Below, in pieces: positions 40,294 through 48,947 of a stretch of DNA of 64,000 bases (position 1 is the first letter of the stretch; each line of letters opens with the position of its first letter). This DNA comes from Candidatus Latescibacterota bacterium (GTDB lineage Bacteria > Latescibacterota > UBA2968 > UBA8231). Below the pieces are notes generated by a model. That model made no database searches and was not told where the DNA came from. It was given only the letters and a program-made list of their open reading frames with translations. The position numbers were made by a program, and so were the translations under genes. The DNA lies in the NCBI GenBank assembly GCA_965242865.1, contig CBDETK010000013.1:4448001-4512000 (forward strand). Direction: 5' to 3'.

Positions 40294-40370
40294 GCCCGTG
40301 AAGCGTCGCCAGCAGATCGAGGAGGCATGAGGCCAATCCTCAACGCGCTTCGCGCCAGCGCACCGCTAGC

Positions 40371-42281
40371 ATGACCGCACGCGCCTTCCTCATCGGCTTG
40401 GGCCTCGTGGTCCTGATCAACATTGGGGCCCCGTATAGCATGTTCATCCTCAAGTCCTCGCAATGGGCGATCAGCTACCTGCCCCTGAGCGTAGTCTTTC
40501 TCTTTACCGCCTTAGTCTTTCTCAACGCCACGGCCAAGTCGCTGCTCAAGGTGCGCGGCCTGAACACCAGCGAGCTCGGCCTCGTCTTTACCATGTCCTT
40601 GGTCGGGGCCTCGATTCCCACTTGGGGCACCTCCACGTACATGATCGCGGTCATCGCCGCCCCCCAGTACTTTGCCTCGCCCGAAAACCAGTGGCAGAGC
40701 AAGGTCGTGCAGTACATCGAGGAATGGCTCGTGCCCAACGACGCGATTGCCCTCAAGTGGTTTTACAACGGCCTGCCCGCCGGCGAATCCATCCCTTGGG
40801 GCGCGTGGATCGGGCCGCTTTTTTGGTGGACCAGCTTGGTCATGGCCATCTTCTTTTTGTGTCAGTGCATGGTCGCCGCCCTGCGCAAGCAGTGGGTCGA
40901 ATACGAGCGCCTGCCCTTCGCCCTGATGGCATTGCCCCAACAACTCATCGCCCCACCGCGCGGCTCCAACTGGCCCGGTTTTGTGCGCCAAAAGGCGTTC
41001 TGGTTCGGCTTTGCCCTGCCCTTCTGCATGGTTATGTGGAACGTGGTCACGTACTTTACCCCGGCCTTTCCGCCCATCCCCCGCGACCTGTCCGACCCCA
41101 TCCGCATTGGCCGCGAATTTCCCGCTATTCACACCAACGTCAACTGGGCCATCGTCGGCTTTGCGTACTTCGTCAACCTTGACGTGTCGTTCAGCTTGTG
41201 GTTCTTCACCGCGCTCACCATGCTGCAACAGGGCCTGTTCAATCGCTTCGGCTACACCTTGGCTGGCCGCGATGTGTACACCCTCGGGCATCCTGGGATC
41301 GGCTGGCAGTCTTTCGGTGCTCTAATCGCCCTCGTCGGCGGCATGCTGTGGATGGCGCGCGGGCACCTCGGCGCGATCTGGCGCAAAGCGGTGCATAACG
41401 ATGCGGCCATCGACGACGCCGACGAGCTGATGTCCTACCGGATGATCGTCTTTGGCGGCGGGCTGGCCCTGCTCTACATCGCCTTTTGGCTGTGGCGGGC
41501 CGGCATGAACCCGCCCACGGTCGCGCTCTTCATCTTAGCGACCTTGGTTCTCTACGTCGGCATTACGCGCATCATCATGGAGGGCGGCTTGCTCTTTAGC
41601 CGCGCCCCGCTCGTCGGCCAGACCTTTGTCGGCTACGCGCTCGGGCCGCACGCCACCGCGCAGAGCAACATCGCCCTGGGGCTGTCCTACGGCTGGCACC
41701 ACGAGCTCAAGGGCTTTTTCATGGTCGCCGCGGCCAACAGCGCCAAAGTGGCCGGCTCCATCCGCGGCAACCGCCGCTATCTGAGCTTCTACCTCCTCCT
41801 CTCGGCGCTGGTAGCCCTGGTCGTCTCCATGGCCTTCGCGCTCTACATGGGCTACTCCTTTGGCGCGTACAACTACGGGGGGTGGATCTTCGGCACCGGC
41901 TCGCAAGTGCCCTACGTGGAAAGCCTGCGGAAAATCGATCTCAAGGCCCCGGATTGGACGCGGTTGGGCCACCTCGTCAGCGGCGCGGGCGCGATGGGGT
42001 TGTTGACCTTTATGCGCTACCGCTTCTCGTGGTGGCCCCTGCACCCGATTGGCATGCCGGTCGGCATCTGCTCCTACCCCATGACCATTATCGTCTTTTC
42101 GATCTTCGTCTCTTGGCTGGCCAAATGGGCCATTATGCGGTCGGGCGGCATCGGCCTCTACCACCGCGCCCAACCCTTCTTCATCGGCCTCATCCTCGGG
42201 TACTTCACCGCGATTGGCCTGTCCTTTTGCATCGACATGATTTGGTTCCCCGGGCAAGGGCACCCCCTGTACGGAAACTAG
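40371..42281 (+). CDS. Polytopic membrane protein (DUF6785/DUF6784-like)
   Basis: LRKQWVEYERLPF; RYRFSWWPLHPIG; GGIGLYHRAQPFFIGLILG. Confidence 0.75.
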   Translation: MTARAFLIGLGLVVLINIGAPYSMFILKSSQWAISYLPLSVVFLFTALVFLNATAKSLLKVRGLNTSELGLVFTMSLVGASIPTWGTSTYMIAVIAAPQYFASPENQWQSKVVQYIEEWLVPNDAIALKWFYNGLPAGESIPWGAWIGPLFWWTSLVMAIFFLCQCMVAALRKQWVEYERLPFALMALPQQLIAPPRGSNWPGFVRQKAFWFGFALPFCMVMWNVVTYFTPAFPPIPRDLSDPIRIGREFPAIHTNVNWAIVGFAYFVNLDVSFSLWFFTALTMLQQGLFNRFGYTLAGRDVYTLGHPGIGWQSFGALIALVGGMLWMARGHLGAIWRKAVHNDAAIDDADELMSYRMIVFGGGLALLYIAFWLWRAGMNPPTVALFILATLVLYVGITRIIMEGGLLFSRAPLVGQTFVGYALGPHATAQSNIALGLSYGWHHELKGFFMVAAANSAKVAGSIRGNRRYLSFYLLLSALVALVVSMAFALYMGYSFGAYNYGGWIFGTGSQVPYVESLRKIDLKAPDWTRLGHLVSGAGAMGLLTFMRYRFSWWPLHPIGMPVGICSYPMTIIVFSIFVSWLAKWAIMRSGGIGLYHRAQPFFIGLILGYFTAIGLSFCIDMIWFPGQGHPLYGN

Positions 42282-42284
42282 CCC

Positions 42285-44267
42285 ATGGCGCAAGACGACA
42301 AAAAATCGCCCGAGCTGATTCCCGCGGACCTCGAGTTTGAACCGGGGTTCAACGTCAAGACCTTGTGGGCCGCGCTCTTCGTCGGCTTCATCATGCTGCC
42401 CGGGGCCATCTACTTGGGGTTGGTCACCGGCCAAAGCATGGCCGGCGGCGCCGAGTGGGTGACGCTCATCCTCTTCATCGAAATCGCCAAGCGCTCGTTC
42501 GCCCGGCTGCGCACCCAAGAGGTGATCATTCTCTACTGGGTGGCCGGCGGCTTGGTCGTGATGGGCGGCAAGTTGGGCACGGGGGCCGAGTTGTTTGGCG
42601 GGCCGTTTGGCGGGCTGATCTGGGACCAATACTTGATCCAATCGCCCCAAGCCGACGGCTTGCACCAGTACATCCCCGATTGGGTGGTGCCGCCGCGCGG
42701 CTCGACGGCCCTCGCGGGACGCTCCTTTTTGCACCCGGACTGGATCAAGCCCATCGCCCTCCTGCTGACCGTCATCGTCATGCAGAAGGTCAACAGCCTG
42801 TCCTTGGGCTACGTGCTCTTCCGCGTCACCAACGACATCGAGCGCCTACCGTACCCGCTGGCCGCCGTGCAGGCCGGCGGCGCCACCGCCCTCGCCGAGA
42901 GCTCGGGGCCGAGCCAAGGCTGGCGGTGGGAAGTCTTTAGCGTCGGGGCCTTTATCGGCATTGTCTGGGGGCTGTTCTACGTGGTCATCCCCACGATTTC
43001 GGGCATTTTCTTCACCGAAACGGTGACCATCCTGCCGATTCCGTTCATCGACCTGACCGTTTCGATCAAGGAAATGCTGCCGGCGAGCATCATGGGCATT
43101 GGCACGGACTTGGGGCACGTCATGGTCGGCTTTGTCCTGCCCTTTTGGATCGTGGTCGGCTCCTTTGCCGCGGCCTTCCTCGTCAATCTCCTCGTCAATC
43201 CGTTGCTCTACGCGTACGATGTGCTGCACACTTGGGAGCCGGGCATGTCCGCGATCCCCACGCAGATCGCCAACTCCTTTGACTTCTGGCTCAGCTTCTC
43301 CATTGGCGGCGCGGTCGTCGTAGCCGTGATGGGTTTTGCCATGGTCGGCAAGACCCTGTGGACTTTGCGCGGCGTCAAGCGCGCCGAGGGCGACGAGCTC
43401 CGAACCGAGGGCCGCGGCGACATCCCCATCCCCCTCGCCTTGGGCCTCTGGGCGGTGAGTACGCTCGGCTTCGTGGTCTTGGTGTGGTATTTGGTGCCGG
43501 AATTTCCCTGGTGGATCAGCGCGTTCTTCGGCTTTGTGTGGACGCCGATTTACTCGTACATCGGAGCGCGCATGATCGGCCTAACCGGCTCGCCGCAAGG
43601 CGCGTCCTTTCCCTATCTGCGTGAAGGCTCCTTTTACCTGTCGGGCTATCAGGGCGCGGCCGTGTGGTTCGCGCCGATTCCGCTCTTCCAGTGGGGCTAC
43701 GAAGCGGCGGCCTTCAAGCAGCTAGAGCTGACCCGCACTCACTTCGGCAGCATCGTCAAGCTGGCCGGCGTAACCCTGCTGATCATGTTCGTCTGCTCGT
43801 TTGTGTTCTGGTCTTTTATTTGGCAGCTCGGGCCGATTCCCTCGGCCGCCTACCCCTACGTGCAAAAGTTTTGGCCCTTCCACGCCACCATGCAGGCGTT
43901 CTGGGCCAAGTCAACCCTCGCCGAAGGGGGCAACGAGCTGATCAAGACGATCATTCGCTGGGAATACGTGCTCACCGGCGCGTTGGGCAGCGCGGGCATT
44001 TTGGGCGCGTTGGCGCTGGTGCGCTGGCCGGTCGCCCTGTTCTACGGCTTCATCGGCGGCGTGGGCGCGTGGCCGCACTTTCTGCTGCCCAACTTCATCG
44101 GCGCGTTGCTGGGCCGCTATCACTTGCGGAAGCGTTTTGGCGCGGCGCGCTGGCGGGTGTATGCGCCGATTCTCTTGGCGGGGTATTCGTGCGGGATGGG
44201 ATTGGTCGGCATGTCGTCCATCGCGCTGGCGCTGATTTCTAAGGCCGTGTCGAGCATTGTGTTTTGA
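42285..44267 (+). CDS. OPT-superfamily-like polytopic membrane protein (putative peptide transporter)
   Basis: Many TM helices; DIERLPYPLAAV..GGATALAE. Confidence 0.7.
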   Translation: MAQDDKKSPELIPADLEFEPGFNVKTLWAALFVGFIMLPGAIYLGLVTGQSMAGGAEWVTLILFIEIAKRSFARLRTQEVIILYWVAGGLVVMGGKLGTGAELFGGPFGGLIWDQYLIQSPQADGLHQYIPDWVVPPRGSTALAGRSFLHPDWIKPIALLLTVIVMQKVNSLSLGYVLFRVTNDIERLPYPLAAVQAGGATALAESSGPSQGWRWEVFSVGAFIGIVWGLFYVVIPTISGIFFTETVTILPIPFIDLTVSIKEMLPASIMGIGTDLGHVMVGFVLPFWIVVGSFAAAFLVNLLVNPLLYAYDVLHTWEPGMSAIPTQIANSFDFWLSFSIGGAVVVAVMGFAMVGKTLWTLRGVKRAEGDELRTEGRGDIPIPLALGLWAVSTLGFVVLVWYLVPEFPWWISAFFGFVWTPIYSYIGARMIGLTGSPQGASFPYLREGSFYLSGYQGAAVWFAPIPLFQWGYEAAAFKQLELTRTHFGSIVKLAGVTLLIMFVCSFVFWSFIWQLGPIPSAAYPYVQKFWPFHATMQAFWAKSTLAEGGNELIKTIIRWEYVLTGALGSAGILGALALVRWPVALFYGFIGGVGAWPHFLLPNFIGALLGRYHLRKRFGAARWRVYAPILLAGYSCGMGLVGMSSIALALISKAVSSIVF

Positions 44268-44276
44268 GGGCGTCAT

Positions 44277-44556
44277 TAGCCACAGTCGCAAAAAGCTTCC
44301 GGGGCATTGGCAAATTAGCCACAAAAAGCACAAGCGTATTTTTATATTGGCCACAAAAAGCACAAAGGTCACAAAATGAGTTTTTTGATTTCGAGCCTTG
44401 GTGATCCGAAGTTGATCAGCAAGGCGTCTCGTTGGCCGGATGCACGGAGATAGCCCAGCGTTTGGGCGGTATGTTCGGGAATCACACAAAGCCCGGATGC
44501 GTTGCTCGTCTCTCACCACTGTACCCTCTTTGTGCTTTTTGTGCCTCTTGTGGCCA
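44277..44556. repeat. REP/MITE-like GCCACAAAAAGCACAAA repeats, including an inverted pair
   Basis: Direct copies near 44278, 44317 and 44348; inverted copy at 44528-44556. Confidence 0.7.
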
Positions 44557-44788
44557 TGTCTCTGCGGCGCGGTGGTATCGGAATATCGGCCTGCGGTTCG
44601 GGCGCGAGTAGCAACTGCTTCAACGTAGGTTGGCTCATTTGCTCCAATCGCCGCCATTGGTCAATGGACACCAGCACCGCCGTTTCTACGCCCCGTTTGG
44701 TCACGATTTGCGGCCCTTCGGCAAGGCTCGTCTCAAGGAGTTCGCTAAACCGAGCCTTCGCCTCTTGTACCTGCCATGATCTATTCAT
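44513..44788 (-). CDS. Phd/YefM family antitoxin (orphan)
   Basis: WQVQEAKARFSEL...GPQIVTKRG.ETAVLVS. Confidence 0.85.
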   Translation of the reverse strand: MNRSWQVQEAKARFSELLETSLAEGPQIVTKRGVETAVLVSIDQWRRLEQMSQPTLKQLLLAPEPQADIPIPPRRRDMATRGTKSTKRVQW

Positions 44789-44936
44789 AGTAACCTCTCC
44801 GGATTCAAAATTGTCCTGACTAGGAAGCCAACCAGTCCGTACCCTGAGATCAATTTATCATGGTGGCAAAAAAATTCCCCTATCAATGCCCTACTCAGCA
44901 ATCCGTCATGCTGCTCGCGCAGAAGTCATAGATTGT

Positions 44937-44984
44937 AAAATGCCCCCTTTTTGTACATTGTATGTACGAAAAAGGGGGCATTTT
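44937..44984. promoter_or_regulatory. 22-bp-arm palindrome upstream of the AAA ATPase gene
   Basis: AAAATGCCCCCTTTTTGTACAT-tgt-ATGTAC(G)AAAAAGGGGGCATTTT. Confidence 0.7.
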
Positions 44985-44992
44985 TATTCATT

Positions 44993-46216
44993 ATGATGGA
45001 TAGAGCGTTGGAATCCGTCTTCCAGACCTTGGACCTGACGCACATCCGCCGGGAACTCGAAGGGCTGCTGGGCCAACCGCTGTTGGCAGCGGGCAGCATG
45101 CTCTTCCTCGACGAAATCCAAGCGACTCCCCACGCCCTGCCCGCCCTGCGCTACTTATGGGAAGACCACCCCGAACTGCCGGTTATCGCCGCGGGCTCCT
45201 TACTCGAATTCGTCCTCTCGCAACACGCCTTTACCATGCCGGTAGGGCGCATTCAATACTTCCATCTAGGGCCGATGAGCTTTGAAGAATTCCTCGTCGC
45301 ACTGGATCCGCCCCTGTTGGCCTATCTGCAAGACTACGCCCTTGAGCAGCCCCTGCCCCATATCGTCCACACCCGCCTGTTGGCCTATCAGCGGGAGTTC
45401 CTGTTGGTCGGTGGTATGCCCGAAGCCGTAGCTGCGTATCGCTCGACCCGCTGCTTTGCCGATGTGCAGCCCGTGCATCAGTCCATCGTCGATACCTACC
45501 AAGACGATTTTGCCAAGTACGCGTCCGCCCAAGTCCGGTTGCGCTTGCAGCGAGTTTTCAACTACGTCCCCCGAGCCGTGGGCCGCAAAGTCAAGTACAC
45601 CGAGATCCACCGCGAGGAGACCGCCCGCGAACTGCGCACCGCCATTGACTTGCTAACCAAGGCCCGGGTCATTGCACCCGTCTTCCACAACACCTGTTCC
45701 GGGGTGCCCCTCCACGCCGAGGTCAATTGGAAGACCTACAAACTCCTCTTTTTGGACATCGGCCTGATGAACCGTCTGTGCGGCCTAGACTGGCTGGCTC
45801 TGAAAGACTTGGACGACCGCCGACTGGTCAATGAAGGCGCCTTGGCCGAACAGTTCGTCGGACAACACCTACTCTACTTGGAAGAGGGCCGGGAGACGCC
45901 CCGGCTACACTACTGGCTGCGGGAAGGAAAAAGTGCCAACGCCGAAGTGGACTACGCGCTGGCTCGGGGGACTTGGGTCGTGCCGGTCGAAGTCAAGGCG
46001 GGCACCAGCGGCACCCTGCGCTCGCTGCATCAGTTCGCCTTGGCCAAAGGGACGCGCCTCGCGGTGCGCTTCGATCTCAATCCGCCCACCGTCCAGTCCA
46101 TCCGGCACCGAGTAAGCGGAACGCGGCAGACCGTGGAAATGACCTTGCTCTCCCTGCCGCTTTACTTGGTGGGACAACTCGGCCGCCTGCTGGATCGGCT
46201 CAGGCAGGCGCCCTAA
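44993..46216 (+). pseudogene. AAA_14/DUF4143 ATP-binding protein lacking the Walker A region
   Basis: LFLDEIQ, IAAGSLL, VGGMPEAV and EVD...PVEVKAG are present; no GxRQVGK(T/S). Confidence 0.75.
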
Positions 46217-46602
46217 CCTCAACCCCCACCTTTGCCGCACTCGCCGCAATCTGCGCCTGGCGCGGCGGACAGCGACCGCGGCCATGCCGGTGGCCCGCGC
46301 CTTCTCCAAGCCCAGCTCCACGCCGCGGCTCATCGCCACCTGCCCAAAGCCCCAATGCGCGTCAAGCACGGCGAGGGTCGGGGCCTCGTGAACGACTTCG
46401 ATGGCTGCGTCTGGCATCATGTCGCCGGCTTCGACTTGGCCCAAGTACTGGGGGATGCGGACCACGCCGTGTGAGTCGTGGCCGACGAGATTGGCTCGAC
46501 CAGCAATTCGGCGACGATGCGGGCCAGCTCGGGCCGCATCCCGGCCGCGGCAAAAATGGCGGTGCTGGTCTCGAGCAAGGACGACGGAGAAAAGACGGGC
46601 AT
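46200..46602 (-). pseudogene. Ldh_2 family (malate/lactate/ureidoglycolate dehydrogenase) remnant
   Basis: MPVFSP...LLVE, then a frameshift to NLVGHDSHGVVRIPQY...LDAHWGFGQV, then a jump to a C-terminal-like QIAASAAKVGVEV. Confidence 0.8.
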
Positions 46603-47018
46603 TACTCTTTGGCCCCGGCCGCGATCCACGCGCGGATTATCTCCACCTGCTCGGCGGACAGAGCCGCGCCCGGCGGCATTTGCTGGAGGACGATCTCGTC
46701 GTCGCCGCGCACCTTGAGCAGCAGGTACGAGTCGTCGGGATTCCCCGGATCGACCAGCTTGCGATCCGGCCGCTGAGCGCTGGCGACGCCGACGATGCGC
46801 GCGGCAAAGTCGCCCTCCAGCGACAAATCGGCGGCGGGCCGCCCGCCGCGGTGGCAGCCCGAAATGGCGCAACCCACCGCAAAGACTTCGCCGACCTGCG
46901 CTAGGGTCGCTTCGGGCCGCGCTTCCGCGCCATCCGACCCGTCCGGCCCCACCGTCGAGTCATCGCCCGCGCAACCAGCCCACGACAGGGCCGCGACCAA
47001 CAGCATACAGGGTATCAA
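46602..47018 (-). CDS. Small c-type cytochrome-like lipoprotein
   Basis: WAGC lipobox, CAISGCH, VDPGNPDDSYL and QMPP...IRAWIAAGA; probable TTG start at 47018 after AGGAGG. Confidence 0.75.
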   Translation of the reverse strand: MIPCMLLVAALSWAGCAGDDSTVGPDGSDGAEARPEATLAQVGEVFAVGCAISGCHRGGRPAADLSLEGDFAARIVGVASAQRPDRKLVDPGNPDDSYLLLKVRGDDEIVLQQMPPGAALSAEQVEIIRAWIAAGAKE

Positions 47019-47038
47019 GTTCGCATTCCTCCTAAAGC

Positions 47039-48055
47039 CTAGTGCCGCTCGCGCACCCGCCGCAGCAACTCGTCGCTCGTGCATTCAAATATCCAGTCGC
47101 CCACGTCTGCTAAGTCCTCGCTCGCCAAGCCGGCCAACAGCCCCCCCAAGCTCGCAGCCGCCTCGTCGCCGAACCGCCGAGCAGCTAGGCGGCACAACAA
47201 CGCTCGCTCGCCTTCGGCGCGCCCCTGCTGCCGACCTTCGGCGCGACCTTCGGCGCGGTGCCGCCACAGCCGCGGGGTTCCCGCTGGGCCGGCCGTGCCC
47301 AACTGCGCCGTCAGGGCCTGCCCCACCCGCACCAGGGCCGCGGTCGTCGCGGCCGACCAGCCCGTCCGCTCGTTCAGGGCCGCGTGAATCTCGGCCGCTG
47401 TCCAGCCGGCAAACGCCCGGCTCGCAGCCACCTCCCGATAGCGTCCCTCCTCCAACACGCGAATCGTCAGTCCCGGCAAACCCGCCCGCCGATTCGGCGT
47501 GTACGCCTCCGGCACCTCTACCCACAACTCCGGGAACCCCCACGCCTCATACAGCCACAGTTTCCCCCGCCGAATGTCCGTGGTGTGATCGACTTCCAAC
47601 ACCACGTCCGGCAGGGCGTGAACGCCCAGTTTCAGCCCTTGGCGATCGGGCAACACGGCCTCCTGCGGACGCAGGTAGATGCACTGATCGGGCCGCATGA
47701 TCCCCTCGTAGTGGCCTTGGGCGTCTAGCCGCCAGATGCTCGTCGTGCCAAACGCGGCAAAGTGCGCTCCGCACTCATCGGCGAACTGCTGGGCGAGCTG
47801 CGCCAGATACTGGCTGGGCAATTCGTGATCGCCGCTGACGATGCGGGCGTCCGCGTCGGACACGATCAAGGTCTCGGTCGGCCCGTGCCAATACTCAAAG
47901 CGGCCTTCGTACATCTCGATCTCGGCCGCCGACACGTGTTTGGCGTGGCAACCGGGGAACACCAGCCGCTGGCCATCGGGCAGGTAGAGTACCGGCGCGC
48001 CCTCCTCTTCCGCATTTAATACCGCAGCGGCGACATTGCTCTCAGTCATTGCCAT
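47039..48055 (-). CDS. Uma2-like PD-(D/E)xK protein with Rpn/DUF4351-like C-terminus
   Basis: RPDQCIY, PDVVLEVD, YEAWGFPELW; EGRAEG repeats then RLAARRFG. Confidence 0.8.
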   Translation of the reverse strand: MAMTESNVAAAVLNAEEEGAPVLYLPDGQRLVFPGCHAKHVSAAEIEMYEGRFEYWHGPTETLIVSDADARIVSGDHELPSQYLAQLAQQFADECGAHFAAFGTTSIWRLDAQGHYEGIMRPDQCIYLRPQEAVLPDRQGLKLGVHALPDVVLEVDHTTDIRRGKLWLYEAWGFPELWVEVPEAYTPNRRAGLPGLTIRVLEEGRYREVAASRAFAGWTAAEIHAALNERTGWSAATTAALVRVGQALTAQLGTAGPAGTPRLWRHRAEGRAEGRQQGRAEGERALLCRLAARRFGDEAAASLGGLLAGLASEDLADVGDWIFECTSDELLRRVRERH

Positions 48056-48143
48056 GCTCCTCCATAGAACTACCGGCTGAATTACCCAAATTACCCAAAC
48101 GAGGAAATGCGCCAGAGCCTGAATGAAAGTTTACTGAACCACT

Positions 48144-48269
48144 TCAATCCCCGTCGCGCACATACCAGTGGCGCTTCCCCAGCCAGCGCGAGCCAAAGGC
48201 GAGCGACTCGCAGTGGACGCCGACGGCGATCAGGGTTAGTAAAATTGAAACAGGTAGTATGGTAGCCAT
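48144..48269 (-). pseudogene. Short remnant resembling the N-terminus of an ion-channel-family membrane protein
   Basis: MATILPVSILLTLIAVGVHCESLAFGSRWL, then a stop after 41 aa. Confidence 0.35.
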
Positions 48270-48491
48270 CGCGACGAGGATTTGTCCTCTAGATCGTCTT
48301 CAGCCGCCTTGTAGGTCGTTTGTCGAGTCGGTATCTTGGGCGACCAAAATGCGGCGGTACTTGCCTTCGGCTAGCATGGGAGAAAAGCGAATCGCCGTCG
48401 TCCGATTGGCAACGACGGCGATCCAACTCAGGTTATAGCTTGTATAGATTGTATAGGACGAGCACGGGGATCTATTCCTGCGGGGTTGGCG

Positions 48492-48845
48492 TTACGGGAG
48501 CTTATACAAAATCACGCCGATGGTCGATAGCCAACTGGTAAACAACAGGCCGAGAAACCAATTCATGCGCCGGTCTAGGCTCTCGATCTTGCGCTCAACA
48601 GCGTCAAAGCGAGCGGCGGTGTTTTTCTCCGAGTTTTCGATTCGAGCGGTCATGCTCTTCTCCGAGCTTTCGATTCGAGCGGTCATGTTCCTCTCCGAGC
48701 TTTCGATCAGAGCGGTCATGTTCCTCTCCGAGCTTTCGATCTGGCGTTCAACGATGTCAAAGTGGTGGCCATTCTGCTCAATGAGCGTCTCCAAGCGGGC
48801 CAAGGTGATGTCGTGTTGGTGAACTTTGGTTTCAACTTCGTTCAT
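48492..48845 (-). CDS. Coiled-coil protein with C-terminal TM anchor and 11-aa repeats
   Basis: IESSERNMTA(L/R) repeats; RMNWFLGLLFTSWLSTIGVILYKLP; AAAGGAG RBS. Confidence 0.8.
   Translation of the reverse strand: MNEVETKVHQHDITLARLETLIEQNGHHFDIVERQIESSERNMTALIESSERNMTARIESSEKSMTARIENSEKNTAARFDAVERKIESLDRRMNWFLGLLFTSWLSTIGVILYKLP
48627..48740. repeat. 33-bp tandem repeat, about 3.5 copies
   Basis: CTCCGAGCTTTCGATTCGAGCGGTCATGTTCCT-like units. Confidence 0.9.
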
Positions 48846-48947
48846 AAGACTTCTCCTTTCGCATTCGCGGGTGGGCCGTGCTCGTCCATTACCAAGAAAA
48901 TAGCGGCTGTGCTCCTAATTGCAAAATTTCAAGCGGCGCGGAGTGCA

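Noticed and set aside
48391-48422. 11-bp perfect hairpin as an ncRNA or attC site
   Set aside because: Isolated, with no U-tract, no attC consensus and no integrase nearby.
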